This document shows, in pieces, positions 28,254 through 38,291 of a stretch of DNA of 64,000 bases. The position numbers were made by a program, and so were the translations under genes. The number at the start of each line of letters is the position of its first letter. Position 1 is the stretch's first letter. The stretch covers positions 608,001 to 672,000 of the forward strand of contig CBDCRP010000002.1 in assembly GCA_965221165.1 (NCBI GenBank). Direction: 5' to 3'. The stretch comes from a bacterium. Its GTDB lineage: Bacteria > UBA8248. The notes under the pieces are model-generated. The model was not told the origin of the DNA, did not search any database, and saw nothing but the letters and a program-made list of their open reading frames with translations.

Positions 28254-30260
28254 GTGAACGCGAATGGCGATCCGAAGCAATCGCCGGATCCGGAAGAGGC
28301 GGGGGTGATCGTTCACGGCCGGGCCCGCCCGGACAACGCCTTCGAGCGTTTTCTCAACCCGATCATCACCTGGTTGGCCATCGCGCTGGCGGTTTTCCAC
28401 CTGTACACGGGTTTCGCCGGCGCCTACGGAGCGCTCATTCAACGTTCGATTCATTTAAGTCCGATCCTGGTACTCACATACCTTCTTTACCCAACTGCAA
28501 CGAAAGATCGGTTCTATATTTTCGGTCGACTTCTCGATACCCTTTTCATTATCGGAAGCGTCACCATAGGCCTTTACATTATCGATCAATACCATGTTCT
28601 CACCTTTCGAGACGGGAATCCGAATTTGCCGGATATGCTCCTCGGAATCCTCGCAATCATCTTGGTTCTCGAAGCAACCCGGAGGGTCATCGGCTGGACG
28701 TTGCCGTTGGTTGCCGTAGCATTCGTGATCTACGCCTATTGGGGCCCGAACATGCCGGGCGTCTTCGGGCACCGCGGTTACGACTGGGGGCGGATTTTGC
28801 AGCACGCCTACACCAGCACGGAAGGTATTTACGGGCTGCCAATCGGAGTTTCGGCGACATTCGTCATTCTGTTCATCATTTTCGGGGCTTTTCTTCAAGA
28901 GACCGGAGCGGGTCGATTTTTCATCGATCTCGCTTTCGCGCTTTTCGGTCGAGTGCGAGGCGGGCCAGCAAAAGTCGCGGTTGTGGGGAGCACTCTTTTC
29001 GGCACGATCTCAGGTAGCGCCACGGCCAACGTCGTGGGCACAGGGACATTCACCATACCGATGATGAAGCGTCTCGGGTACCAACCCACCTTTGCCGCTG
29101 CGGTCGAGGCGGTGGCGTCGACCGGCGGCCAGTTCATGCCCCCCATCATGGGTGCGGCCGTTTTCGTCATGATTGAGATGATCCACGTCACTTATAGAGA
29201 GATTATCGTCATGGCGCTGCTGCCCGCCATCCTCTATTACGTCGCGGTGTTCATCGCCGTAGACCTCGAAGCCGTGCGCCTGGGGCTTCGCGGGATGGAT
29301 CGATCGGAGCTCCCCAAGCCGGTGCGACTCCTCGCGGAAGGCTGGCCCTTTCTCGCCCCCCCTGTCATTCTCGTATTCATGTTGATGTACATGCATTGGT
29401 CCCCGACAAAAGCGGGTTTTTGGGCGATTGTGTCTACGGTTGCCGTCAGCTCCTTGAAAGCCAGCAGTCGGTTGACGCCCCGGCAGATTCTCGACGCGCT
29501 TCGTGCGGGAACAATGTCCACGTTGCAAGTCGCGCTCGCCTGCGCGTGTGCGGGAGTCGTGGTGAGCGTCTTCACGCTGACGGGCCTGGGGGCGAAGGTT
29601 TCTTTCGCTCTCCTTGAACTGGCCCATGAAGCTTTGCTTCCGATGCTGGTGATCGGCATGGTGACCAGCATTCTGCTCGGGATGGGGATGCCCACGATGC
29701 CGGCCTACATTATTCTGGCGGTGCTGATTGCCCCTTCCTTGGTCAAGGCCGGAGTGCCCAAGATATCGGCGCACCTCTTCGTCTTGTATTCCGGCATTAT
29801 CTCGGCGATCACGCCACCGGTCGCATTAGCCGCGTACGCAGGCGCCGCCATAGCCAAAGCGCCTCCGCTGCGGACGGGATTCCTGGCGATACGTATCGGG
29901 CTGGCGGCGTTCATCGTCCCGTTCATGTTCGTATACAGCCCCGGCCTCGTTTTTCTCGGAAGCCCTTGGGAAGTGGTTTACTCGATTGGGACTTCTCTCC
30001 TGGGGATCTTGGCCATCACTTATGGTGTACAGGGAAGAATGTTGCGGGAGCTCAACATCGTGGAGCGCATGTTTTTGGTGGTCTCCGGGCTTTTGTTTAT
30101 CCCTTACTCGATTTCAGCGAACGGAATCGGCCTCTTCCTGTTCCTGGCCTTGGTCGCATGGCAACGCTGGATATCCGTAGATGTTTCCTTACGTCTTCGG
30201 CGCGGAGCGGGAGCGGAGGAGGTTACGTCTTCTTACCCATCACGAGAGGAACAGCGATGA
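28254..30260 (+). CDS. TRAP transporter 4TM/12TM fusion permease
   Basis: GGPAKVAV, ASTGGQFMPPIMGA, ITPPVALAAY. Confidence 0.93.
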   Translation: MNANGDPKQSPDPEEAGVIVHGRARPDNAFERFLNPIITWLAIALAVFHLYTGFAGAYGALIQRSIHLSPILVLTYLLYPTATKDRFYIFGRLLDTLFIIGSVTIGLYIIDQYHVLTFRDGNPNLPDMLLGILAIILVLEATRRVIGWTLPLVAVAFVIYAYWGPNMPGVFGHRGYDWGRILQHAYTSTEGIYGLPIGVSATFVILFIIFGAFLQETGAGRFFIDLAFALFGRVRGGPAKVAVVGSTLFGTISGSATANVVGTGTFTIPMMKRLGYQPTFAAAVEAVASTGGQFMPPIMGAAVFVMIEMIHVTYREIIVMALLPAILYYVAVFIAVDLEAVRLGLRGMDRSELPKPVRLLAEGWPFLAPPVILVFMLMYMHWSPTKAGFWAIVSTVAVSSLKASSRLTPRQILDALRAGTMSTLQVALACACAGVVVSVFTLTGLGAKVSFALLELAHEALLPMLVIGMVTSILLGMGMPTMPAYIILAVLIAPSLVKAGVPKISAHLFVLYSGIISAITPPVALAAYAGAAIAKAPPLRTGFLAIRIGLAAFIVPFMFVYSPGLVFLGSPWEVVYSIGTSLLGILAITYGVQGRMLRELNIVERMFLVVSGLLFIPYSISANGIGLFLFLALVAWQRWISVDVSLRLRRGAGAEEVTSSYPSREEQR

Positions 30261-31642
30261 CGCCCCAAGACGTAAATCGCGATTACAACTTGATGAACGC
30301 AAAAGTTGTGACGCCCGAAGAGATTCGCCACGCCAACGTGGCTCTGCGCGACGGGCAGATTGCTTCAGTCGAAGAAGGCCCTCTTCCCGGGAGAAGCGCG
30401 AAGGAGATCGATCTCGGGGGAAAATTCCTTCTGCCGGGAATCATCGACCCCCACGTACACCTGCGCGACATGGGGGAATCCGAAAAGGAAGACTTCACCA
30501 CCGCAACCGCCTGCGCCGCCGTCGGCGGAGTGACGACGGTGATGCAAATGCCCAACGGCATACCTGATGTTCTCACGGCCGAGGATTTTCGCGAACGAAA
30601 GTCGCTCATCGAAAATCGTACGTACGCGGATATCGCCCTCTATGCCTGGGCTTGCGATCAGAACCGAAAAGAGCTCCATCACTTCCGAGAGTTGGGCGCC
30701 ATCGGTTACAAGATTTTCACCGCTGTAACGGGGGCCTTCAAAAAAGACTTCGAGGATTACATTACAGTCGACATAGACAAGCTCTTCCTCCTGTTCGAAG
30801 AAATCGCGGGCTTCGATGGACAGATTGGAATCCACGCCGAATCAAATCCGATTCTCGATCTCTTCACCGAGCGATGCAAGGAAAATATGAAACCGGACAT
30901 CGACGCCTGGCGTCTGAGTCGGCCGAATTTCGCCGAGGACCTCGCGGTCTTCGATGCCCTCACCCTATCCACGGCTACGGGGGCCCGTTTGCATATTTGT
31001 CATGTCATCGGCGCCGAGGCGGTTCAACTCATCCGCAACGCGAAGAAAAAAAATCCGAAGATCACCTCCGAGGTGGCGCCGTGCAATCTGCTCTTGTGCG
31101 ACGAGGACCTTCACGCGGTGGGTTCATGGGGAAAATTCAGCCCGCCCGTCAAGACGGCCGCCGATCGCGAAGCCCTCCGTGAAGGGTTCCTGGACGGGAC
31201 CATCGACACCATGGGAACCGACCACGCCCCCCAGATTAACGAGCTGAAGAACAACGAAAATATATGGATCGCCCCTCCCGGCGGACCCGGCCTCGAAATT
31301 TTTCTGCCTTCGATGCTGAACGAAGTGAATCAAGGTCTCCTGACGCTCCCGACGCTTGTTGCGCGTTTGTGCGAGGCGCCGGCGAGGATTTTCCGCCTTT
31401 TCCCGAGAAAGGGGACGATCCGCGCGGGAGCGGACGCCGATCTCGTGGTGGTCGATATGGAGCGGACCGTGCTCGTCGATCCGGCGAAGGGGAAAAGCAA
31501 AGGAAAGTACACGGCCTTCGCCGACAGAACTTTTGTGGGAGCGCCGGTGATGACCTTTCTGCGCGGGGAGCTGATCGCCAAGGACGGAGACTTGGTGGTC
31601 CCGCCGGGCAGCGGCCGTTTTGCTCAACCATCGCTGGATTAA
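30257..31642 (+). CDS. cyclic amidohydrolase (dihydroorotase/allantoinase family)
   Basis: IDPHVHLRD, GYKIF, IHAES, LHICHV, GTDHAP; ATGA overlap with permease stop. Confidence 0.88.
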   Translation: MTPQDVNRDYNLMNAKVVTPEEIRHANVALRDGQIASVEEGPLPGRSAKEIDLGGKFLLPGIIDPHVHLRDMGESEKEDFTTATACAAVGGVTTVMQMPNGIPDVLTAEDFRERKSLIENRTYADIALYAWACDQNRKELHHFRELGAIGYKIFTAVTGAFKKDFEDYITVDIDKLFLLFEEIAGFDGQIGIHAESNPILDLFTERCKENMKPDIDAWRLSRPNFAEDLAVFDALTLSTATGARLHICHVIGAEAVQLIRNAKKKNPKITSEVAPCNLLLCDEDLHAVGSWGKFSPPVKTAADREALREGFLDGTIDTMGTDHAPQINELKNNENIWIAPPGGPGLEIFLPSMLNEVNQGLLTLPTLVARLCEAPARIFRLFPRKGTIRAGADADLVVVDMERTVLVDPAKGKSKGKYTAFADRTFVGAPVMTFLRGELIAKDGDLVVPPGSGRFAQPSLD

Positions 31643-31692
31643 GCTCCTGATTCCATTCATTCCTCCAAACAACGGAAAACCGCGGAGAAGAT

Positions 31693-33093
31693 ATGAAAGA
31701 TCAGTGCCTGTTGCTTCGTGATTATTACGCCACGCCCGAGATGCGGACTATCTGGACCGAAGAGAACATGGTCCAAAAATGGCTCGACGTGGAGGCGGCC
31801 ATCGCCTGGGCGCAAGGGGAACTGAAGATGATTCCGAAATGGGCGTCCAAGGCCATCGTGCGCGGTTGCGACGTGAAGAAGGTCACTCCCCTTCTCGTCT
31901 TCAGCGAGTTCGAGAAGGCGCGCCACTGGATCGTCTCGCTGGTTCATGCTTTCGCGAAGGTGGCGGGGCCGGAAGGGGAATATTTCCATCTCGGAACGAC
32001 GACCCAGGACATCCTGGACGGCGGTCTGACGCTGCAGATCCGCGAGTCTTACGTCCTCCTTCTCACCGAGCTTCGAGAGCTCGAATCCATCCTCGTCCGT
32101 CTGGCCCGACGTCATCGCGCCACCGTCATGGCCGGTCGAACGGAGGGTCAGCAGGCCTCTCCCGTCACATACGGCCAGAAGATCGCGATTCTTTGCAGCG
32201 AGATCCGGGATCACATCGAGCGACTGAAGGAGTGCAGCAAGCGGCTTTTTTACGCGAACGTCTCCTCTGGAACCGGCGCTCAGTCCACTTTCGTCTACCT
32301 GAGCGACCTTCACACCACCCGGCGGCTGGAAACGTTGGTGGCCAAGCGGTTGGCTCTCCATGTTCCCTACATCAGCATGCACCATCGGACGGATCGCTTT
32401 GCGGAATTGCTCAACATTCTCGCGCTGATCAATTCAACACTGGGGGAAGCGGGGATGGATATTCGCGACCTCCAGCGGACCGAAGTGGCCGAAGTGGCGG
32501 AGCCCTGGGACATCGAACACCAGCACAGCAGCAGCACCTTCCCCCACAAACGCAATCCCGAGACAAGTGAATGGCAGGAAGGACTCGCCAAGCTCTCACG
32601 GACGAACGCACTTGCCATGATGGACGTCCAGCAGCAGCACGAGCGTGACGCGAGCCGCTACGCCGTGGAATTCTCGCGAATTGCCGAGAGCTTCGGTTTG
32701 GCGTCATCCGCTGTCGCGGCGGCCAAGCATATTTACGGCGGCCTTTTCGTCGACAAGAAAGCGATGCGACGCAATCTCGAGCTTCAACGAGAGTTCACAA
32801 TGACCGAGGCGGTGATGCTGCGCCTGTACCAGAAGACGAAGCGAAAGGTCGAAGCGCATACCATCTGCCATGACGCCGCCCAGCAGGCGAGGGAAGAGGG
32901 ACGCTCGCTGAAGGAGTGCCTCCTCGCGTATCCGGTCGCGCGAAAACATCTCACCGTCGAGGAAATCGACGAGGTCACAAAACCGGAAAACTACATCGGC
33001 ACCTGCCCGCAGCAAGTAGACCGGGCGCTGAGGCGAATCGCCCAACTCAGGCGCACGGACGGGCGGTACCTGCGGATGGGAAAGAAGGGATGA
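31693..33093 (+). CDS. adenylosuccinate lyase / fumarase-aspartase superfamily lyase (atypical)
   Basis: HLGTTTQDI, GRTEGQ, SSTFPHKRNP signature variant. Confidence 0.85.
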   Translation: MKDQCLLLRDYYATPEMRTIWTEENMVQKWLDVEAAIAWAQGELKMIPKWASKAIVRGCDVKKVTPLLVFSEFEKARHWIVSLVHAFAKVAGPEGEYFHLGTTTQDILDGGLTLQIRESYVLLLTELRELESILVRLARRHRATVMAGRTEGQQASPVTYGQKIAILCSEIRDHIERLKECSKRLFYANVSSGTGAQSTFVYLSDLHTTRRLETLVAKRLALHVPYISMHHRTDRFAELLNILALINSTLGEAGMDIRDLQRTEVAEVAEPWDIEHQHSSSTFPHKRNPETSEWQEGLAKLSRTNALAMMDVQQQHERDASRYAVEFSRIAESFGLASSAVAAAKHIYGGLFVDKKAMRRNLELQREFTMTEAVMLRLYQKTKRKVEAHTICHDAAQQAREEGRSLKECLLAYPVARKHLTVEEIDEVTKPENYIGTCPQQVDRALRRIAQLRRTDGRYLRMGKKG

Positions 33094-34163
33094 GCGCAGC
33101 CGATGCGATCACTTTGGCCGTCGTGGGAGACTTTTGGGCCAACCGCCCGCTCCCCCGAGATGAACCCCGCCTTGAAATGGTCCTCGATAAGCTCCGAGCG
33201 GCGGATCTTTCGGTGTGCGTTTTAGAGATGCCGCTCTCGCGGCGGGGCGCGCCGGCCGAAAAGATCGTCCGCATGCGGGCGCCGCCGGAGCGCGTGGAAG
33301 ATCTGCATCACCTGGGGGTCGATTGCGTCACGATTGCGAACAACCACATGCTCGACTACGGTCCCGACGCCCTCCTGGACACCCTGGACATTCTGCGAAG
33401 CGAAGGAATCCCCTTCGTGGGGGCGGGCCGGGACATCGAAGAAGCGTCGCGTCCGTTGGTTCTCGAGGCGCAGGGCATCCACGTGGCTTTTCTTGCGTGC
33501 GCGGCCACACTTCCTCTGGGAAGCGCTGCGGGAGAAGACAGGCCGGGCGTGAATCCACTGCACGTCTTCACGGCCTGGGTGGTCGAGTCGAGCGCACGGA
33601 CCCAAGAGCAGCCGGGCACTCCGCCTCCCGTTATGACTTTCTCCTCCCCCGAGGACATCCAGACCCTCCAGAACGCGGTGCGCGAGGCGAAAATCTCCTC
33701 CGATATCGTGGTCGTCCTGCCCCACTGGGGGTTGCCGAACGTGAGCGCCCTCATGGATTACCAACGCGACGCCGGACACGCTCTCGCCGCGGCGGGTGCA
33801 GACCTCATCGTCGGCCACCACGCACATTGCATCCAACCGTTGGAGATGGTCGAGAGCACGCCGATTGTCTACGGCGTGAGCAATTTCCTGTTTCACGAGC
33901 TTCCCGGCGGCATGTCCAGGAACGTGTACGATTTCATGTCGAAAGACGAACTCCTGGTGGTAGCCCGTCTCGGGGCGGAGGGAGTGCGCGAGCTGGCGCT
34001 CGTGCCGCTCGTTTTGAACTCGTCCGGACACCCACGCCTCGCCGAGCCGGAGGAAACGATGCGGATCGTGGGAGAAGTTTCCGACTTGTCGGCGAAATAC
34101 GGAACGGTGATCGAGCTCGCCGGCAGCCGTGGCCTGGTCAGGCTCGGAGAACAGGCGGCCTGA
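33090..34163 (+). CDS. CapA (PGA_cap) family metallophosphoesterase-fold protein 1
   Basis: VGD, ANNHMLDYG, PHWG, GHHAH, YGVSNF; no signal peptide. Confidence 0.88.
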   Translation: MSAADAITLAVVGDFWANRPLPRDEPRLEMVLDKLRAADLSVCVLEMPLSRRGAPAEKIVRMRAPPERVEDLHHLGVDCVTIANNHMLDYGPDALLDTLDILRSEGIPFVGAGRDIEEASRPLVLEAQGIHVAFLACAATLPLGSAAGEDRPGVNPLHVFTAWVVESSARTQEQPGTPPPVMTFSSPEDIQTLQNAVREAKISSDIVVVLPHWGLPNVSALMDYQRDAGHALAAAGADLIVGHHAHCIQPLEMVESTPIVYGVSNFLFHELPGGMSRNVYDFMSKDELLVVARLGAEGVRELALVPLVLNSSGHPRLAEPEETMRIVGEVSDLSAKYGTVIELAGSRGLVRLGEQAA

Positions 34164-34187
34164 TTGATGCAAAAGGAGTGAGACAGG

Positions 34188-35294
34188 ATGTCAAAAGAAG
34201 GGATGGTTTCCATCGCGTTGGCCGGGGACGTGTTCATCGGCAAGAAGCTTCCTCGTCCGGGAGAGCCGGGAGCGGAACCCGTGCGCGCCCTTTTCGAGCG
34301 CATGGCGGGGGCCGACGTGACGTTCATCAACCTGGAGAGCCCGTATTCCGAAAGGGGCTATCCGGCCGAGAAATACACGTTTCTACGGTCCCACCCTTCC
34401 CTGATAGACGAGTTGGACGAAATGGGGGTGGACGTCGTCACCCTCGCCAACAATCACATGCTCGACTACGGCTACGACGCGCTTTTCGACACCCTGTCTC
34501 TTCTCGACGCGAAGGGGGTTCGGCGCGTGGGAGCAGGCCGGAATCTGCAGGAGGCGTACGCGCCGGCCATCATTCAGAAGGCCGGGGTCCGCGTGGCTTT
34601 CCTGGGTTTCGCCTCCACCCTTCCGCTCGGCTGCTCCGCAGGCGAGGAGCGTCCCGGCCTCGCACCCATCCATATCTTTTCCGCTTTCGTCCTGGAGCCG
34701 AGCCCGAGAACCCAGGAACAACCCGGGACGCCGCCTCCCGTGAAGACTTTTCCGCTCCAGGCCGATCTCACGCGCATGCAAAACGTCGTGGCGGCGGCGA
34801 AGCGGGAGGCGGACATTGTGATCGTCGCCGGTCATTGGGGGCTGGCGAGCCGCCACGACCTGGCGGAATACCAGACGTGTGTCGGTCGCGCGCTCGTGGA
34901 TGCGGGCGCGGATGTGGTTCTGGGGCATCACTCCCACACGCTTCAGGCGGTCGAAATCTACAAAGGAAAGCCGATCCTCTACGGAGTAGGGAATTTCATC
35001 TTCCACGAACTGCCCGATGTCGGAAACTCCGAACTGTCCTACGGCGGCGTGATGACGCCGAAACTCATTAAAACGCGCATGCCGCGGGAGACGGCTCTCT
35101 TTGAACTCACGGTCGAAAAGGATGGGGTGGCGGACTTAGGCTTCGTTCCAGTTTCGATTGACGATTCAGGCAATCCCGGCTTCGTCGAAGGCGAGAGAGC
35201 CGAAGGGGTGATCGACCTCGTGGAGAGGCTCTCGGCGGAGTTCACTACCCGAATCACTCGGAAGGACGGCATGGGGAAATTCGTTCTGGAATAG
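34188..35294 (+). CDS. CapA (PGA_cap) family metallophosphoesterase-fold protein 2
   Basis: AGD, NLES, ANNHMLDYG, GHWG, GHHSH, YGVGNF. Confidence 0.88.
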   Translation: MSKEGMVSIALAGDVFIGKKLPRPGEPGAEPVRALFERMAGADVTFINLESPYSERGYPAEKYTFLRSHPSLIDELDEMGVDVVTLANNHMLDYGYDALFDTLSLLDAKGVRRVGAGRNLQEAYAPAIIQKAGVRVAFLGFASTLPLGCSAGEERPGLAPIHIFSAFVLEPSPRTQEQPGTPPPVKTFPLQADLTRMQNVVAAAKREADIVIVAGHWGLASRHDLAEYQTCVGRALVDAGADVVLGHHSHTLQAVEIYKGKPILYGVGNFIFHELPDVGNSELSYGGVMTPKLIKTRMPRETALFELTVEKDGVADLGFVPVSIDDSGNPGFVEGERAEGVIDLVERLSAEFTTRITRKDGMGKFVLE

Positions 35295-35453
35295 AAGGCT
35301 TTGCGGGATATTCGCCGCATTGACTCCCACCCGGGGGAACGCACTCCAGGGGGCCGGCGCCGCATCGTCGACCCGGGCGCTTGCATCAAGAGTCGCCCTG
35401 CATCTTCCATCGGAAGAAAAAGATAGTTCATTCATGAGCGATGAGGATTGGCA

Positions 35454-36242
35454 ATGGACATGGCCCTGGAGGGGAAGGTTGCTCTCGTCACCGGAGGGAC
35501 GAGCGGCATTGGAAAGGCGACGGTATTGGCCTTTGCGGACCAAGGCGCGAAGGTCGCCTTCTGCGGTCGGGATCAAGCCCGCCTGGACACCGCACTTGAG
35601 GCGGTCGAGGAGCGGGGCGGTGTGGGTCTCTCTCTTCGTGCGGACATCAGCGTGGAGGAACAAGCGTCGGAGCTTGCGTCTCGTGTGGTCGAGTCTTTCG
35701 GGCGGCTGGACATCCTCGTGAACAACGCCGGACGCGCGGCGCCGAGTTCGCTTCCCTCGCTGACGCCGGTGCAGATTCGGAAGACAGTGGACACGAAGAT
35801 CGTCGGTTATCTCGTGGTCACGCGCGAGGCGGCGCATTTCATGCAAAAGCAACATGGCGGACGGATCATCAACATGGTCGGAGGAACCGGCAAAGAACCC
35901 CTGCCCGGCGTTCTGGGAGGAAGCACGACGAACGCCGCGCTTTTGGGTCTGAGCAAAGGACTCTCCCAAGCCCTGGCCAAAGACGATATCCTGGTGAACA
36001 CGATCTGTTTGGGCCAGATCGATACGCCCATGCAGGACTGGATGACGGAGCAACTCGCCAAAGAACGAGGGATATCGATCGACGAAATGCGGCGGGCCCG
36101 TGAATCACAAATTCCCCTCGGACGATTCGGCTCTCCCGAAGAAGTGGCGGGGCTGGCGGTGTTTCTGGCGTCGGTTCACGCGGGCTACATCACGGGAGCA
36201 ACGATCAACGTCGACGGCGGAAAATTCCATTCGATCGTCTGA
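35454..36242 (+). CDS. SDR family oxidoreductase (atypical active site)
   Basis: TGGTSGIG, NNAG, YITG..INVDGG; GSTTN where YxxxK is expected. Confidence 0.88.
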   Translation: MDMALEGKVALVTGGTSGIGKATVLAFADQGAKVAFCGRDQARLDTALEAVEERGGVGLSLRADISVEEQASELASRVVESFGRLDILVNNAGRAAPSSLPSLTPVQIRKTVDTKIVGYLVVTREAAHFMQKQHGGRIINMVGGTGKEPLPGVLGGSTTNAALLGLSKGLSQALAKDDILVNTICLGQIDTPMQDWMTEQLAKERGISIDEMRRARESQIPLGRFGSPEEVAGLAVFLASVHAGYITGATINVDGGKFHSIV

Positions 36243-36254
36243 ACATTCGCGCGC

Positions 36255-36302
36255 CGTAGCCGGACAATAACTATTGCAAATCGAGACAAAATAATTGCAA
36301 AT
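36255..36302 (+). mobile_element. Tn7-like transposon end with tandem TnsB-like sites (interior to the right)
   Basis: cGTAGCCG-GACAATAACTATTGCAAA-tcga-GACAAAATAATTGCAAA; sites 22 bp apart; inverted relative to 25913-25940; terminal T is C. Confidence 0.62.
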
Positions 36303-36416
36303 AGTCTGGAAAATCCCTCGAGTTTCCGGCCGTTTTTTGGCCGGAAGATTTTGCCCAGTTTTGATCCCGTTTTGATATATCAAGCCGTTTCCATCGGTTG
36401 CGAAATGTTCATATGC

Positions 36417-36518
36417 TATTGATATTATTTAGAATATCTATTTTCATTGCTCGCATTTAGAATCCATTTTCCCAGCATGTAATCAAAACGAAAGCGGATT
36501 CGTTAAAACCCCTGCGCA
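36417..36518 (+). repeat. ~100-bp imperfect direct repeat, copy 2
   Basis: Aligns with 17787-17889. Confidence 0.75.
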
Positions 36519-36567
36519 TGTGGGCGTCTCCCTGTCTCCGGGGGAGTATGGATTCAGAAGGGTCGGG

Positions 36568-37371
36568 CTATCCCCCGTACTCGGATGCCCCCTCGAATAC
36601 CTTCGTACTCTCCTTTGCGATGAGGTCCAGGCACCTCGCCTTGGTCTCCATGAAGGCCTGGGAAGTCAGCATCGTCCGCACCCGCGGCCGCTGCAGAGGC
36701 ACTTTGAGCTCCTGGATGATTCTCCCCGGCTGCACCCCCATCACGAAGATTCGGTCCGCCATCAAAATTGCTTCGTCCACATCGTGGGTGATGAAGAGCA
36801 TGCTCATCTGGTGCTCTTCCCAGAGCTTGAGCAGCCACTCCTGCATGAGGAGACGGGTCTGGGCGTCGAGCGCCGCGAAAGGCTCGTCCATGAGGAGGAT
36901 CTCCGGATTGTTGATGAGAACACGGGCGATGGAGACGCGCTGTCGCATCCCTCCCGAGAGTTCGTCCGGGTGGTGGCGCTCAAAACCCGTGAGCCCCACG
37001 CGCTTGACGAATTCGTGCGCCCGGGGCAGGAATTCCCTCCTGGGCACTCCCTGGATCTTCAGCGCGAAGGCGATGTTGTCTTCCACGGTAAGCCAGTGGA
37101 ACAGGAAGTGCTCCTGGAAAACGACGCCGCGCTCCGGGCCGGGTTTTGTGATGGGACGCCCTTCGAGCAGCGCCTTCCCCTCGGAGGGCAGGATGAACCC
37201 CGCGATGATGTTCAAGATGGTGGTTTTGCCGCACCCGCTCGGGCCCAGGAGGGCGACGGTCTCCCGGTCTTCGATGCCGAAGGAGACATCCCTCAGGGCC
37301 ACCGTCTCCCGTCCTTTTCTGGGGTCTTCGAAGATTTTGGTAACTCTCTCGAGCCGAACTTTTTCCGTCAT
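36568..37371 (-). CDS. ABC transporter ATP-binding protein (TauB/SsuB type)
   Basis: GPSGCGKT, LSGGMRQR, LMDEPFAALD. Confidence 0.93.
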   Translation of the reverse strand: MTEKVRLERVTKIFEDPRKGRETVALRDVSFGIEDRETVALLGPSGCGKTTILNIIAGFILPSEGKALLEGRPITKPGPERGVVFQEHFLFHWLTVEDNIAFALKIQGVPRREFLPRAHEFVKRVGLTGFERHHPDELSGGMRQRVSIARVLINNPEILLMDEPFAALDAQTRLLMQEWLLKLWEEHQMSMLFITHDVDEAILMADRIFVMGVQPGRIIQELKVPLQRPRVRTMLTSQAFMETKARCLDLIAKESTKVFEGASEYGG

Positions 37372-37507
37372 CTGTGCAAGATTCCTAATCGAGCGTCTTC
37401 AGGCGCCCCGCGACGAGCTGCGAGCGGCGGCAACGTGGATTTCGGATACGCGCCCCCATCCTCCTTCCCCCGTCTTTTCCGAAGAAACGCCTCTCTCTCC
37501 TTTTGCA

Positions 37508-38260
37508 TCACACCACCCTGTAGTGGACGAACATGCGGCGGGAGAGGGCGTGAACGGAGCGATCCAGGCAGAAGCCCATCAAGCTGAGGGTGACGAAGGC
37601 GACGAACATCCGCTCCGTCTTGGTATAGATCTGGGCATCCCAGATCATGAAGCCGACCCCCGATTTCGCGGCAAGCATCTCCGCCGCCACGATGGTCATG
37701 AAGGCGTTGCTGAGGGCCAACTGCAAGCCGGTGACCATGTAGGGAACCGTCTCGGGGACGACGATCCGGAAAAGGACCTGGGTCCCGGTGGCGCCGAGGC
37801 TCCGGGCGGCCCGGATGGCGCCCTCCCGCACCGAGGCGGCCCCCGCCATGGTGTTCACCACCACGATGAAGACCGCCGTGTAGAAGATCAGGACGATTTT
37901 CGATTCTTCGCCGAAGCCGAACCAGATGATGAACAACGTGACCAGGGTCACGGGCGGGACGAAGCGGAAGTATTCCAAAACGGGAAGAGCGAGCGCCCGC
38001 ACCCAGGGGAGCCGTCCCATGATGATGCCAAGAAAAGAACCGACGACGCCCCCGAGCACCCATCCCGAGAGAACCCGGAACAAGCTCATCACGATATTCC
38101 AGGGCAACTCGCCGGTGCGTGTAATTTCGATGGCCTTCAGTATGGTGGCCAAGGGGGAAGGGAGGAAGATCGGGGGATACACAAAGGTAAAACCCCACCA
38201 GGCCACCAGGAAAATGGCCACAGAAAGGGTGTAAATCGCGATGGCTCCCTCGATCCTCAA
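37508..38260 (-). CDS. ABC transporter permease (TauC/SsuC type)
   Basis: AARSLGA EAA loop, AAEMLAA. Confidence 0.92.
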   Translation of the reverse strand: MRIEGAIAIYTLSVAIFLVAWWGFTFVYPPIFLPSPLATILKAIEITRTGELPWNIVMSLFRVLSGWVLGGVVGSFLGIIMGRLPWVRALALPVLEYFRFVPPVTLVTLFIIWFGFGEESKIVLIFYTAVFIVVVNTMAGAASVREGAIRAARSLGATGTQVLFRIVVPETVPYMVTGLQLALSNAFMTIVAAEMLAAKSGVGFMIWDAQIYTKTERMFVAFVTLSLMGFCLDRSVHALSRRMFVHYRVV

Positions 38261-38291
38261 ATCTCCCTTTCCCCCTTTCGCCCGCTTCGTT

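Noticed and set aside
33090-35294. Poly-gamma-glutamate capsule locus
   Set aside because: No capB/capC, and the proteins lack membrane anchors
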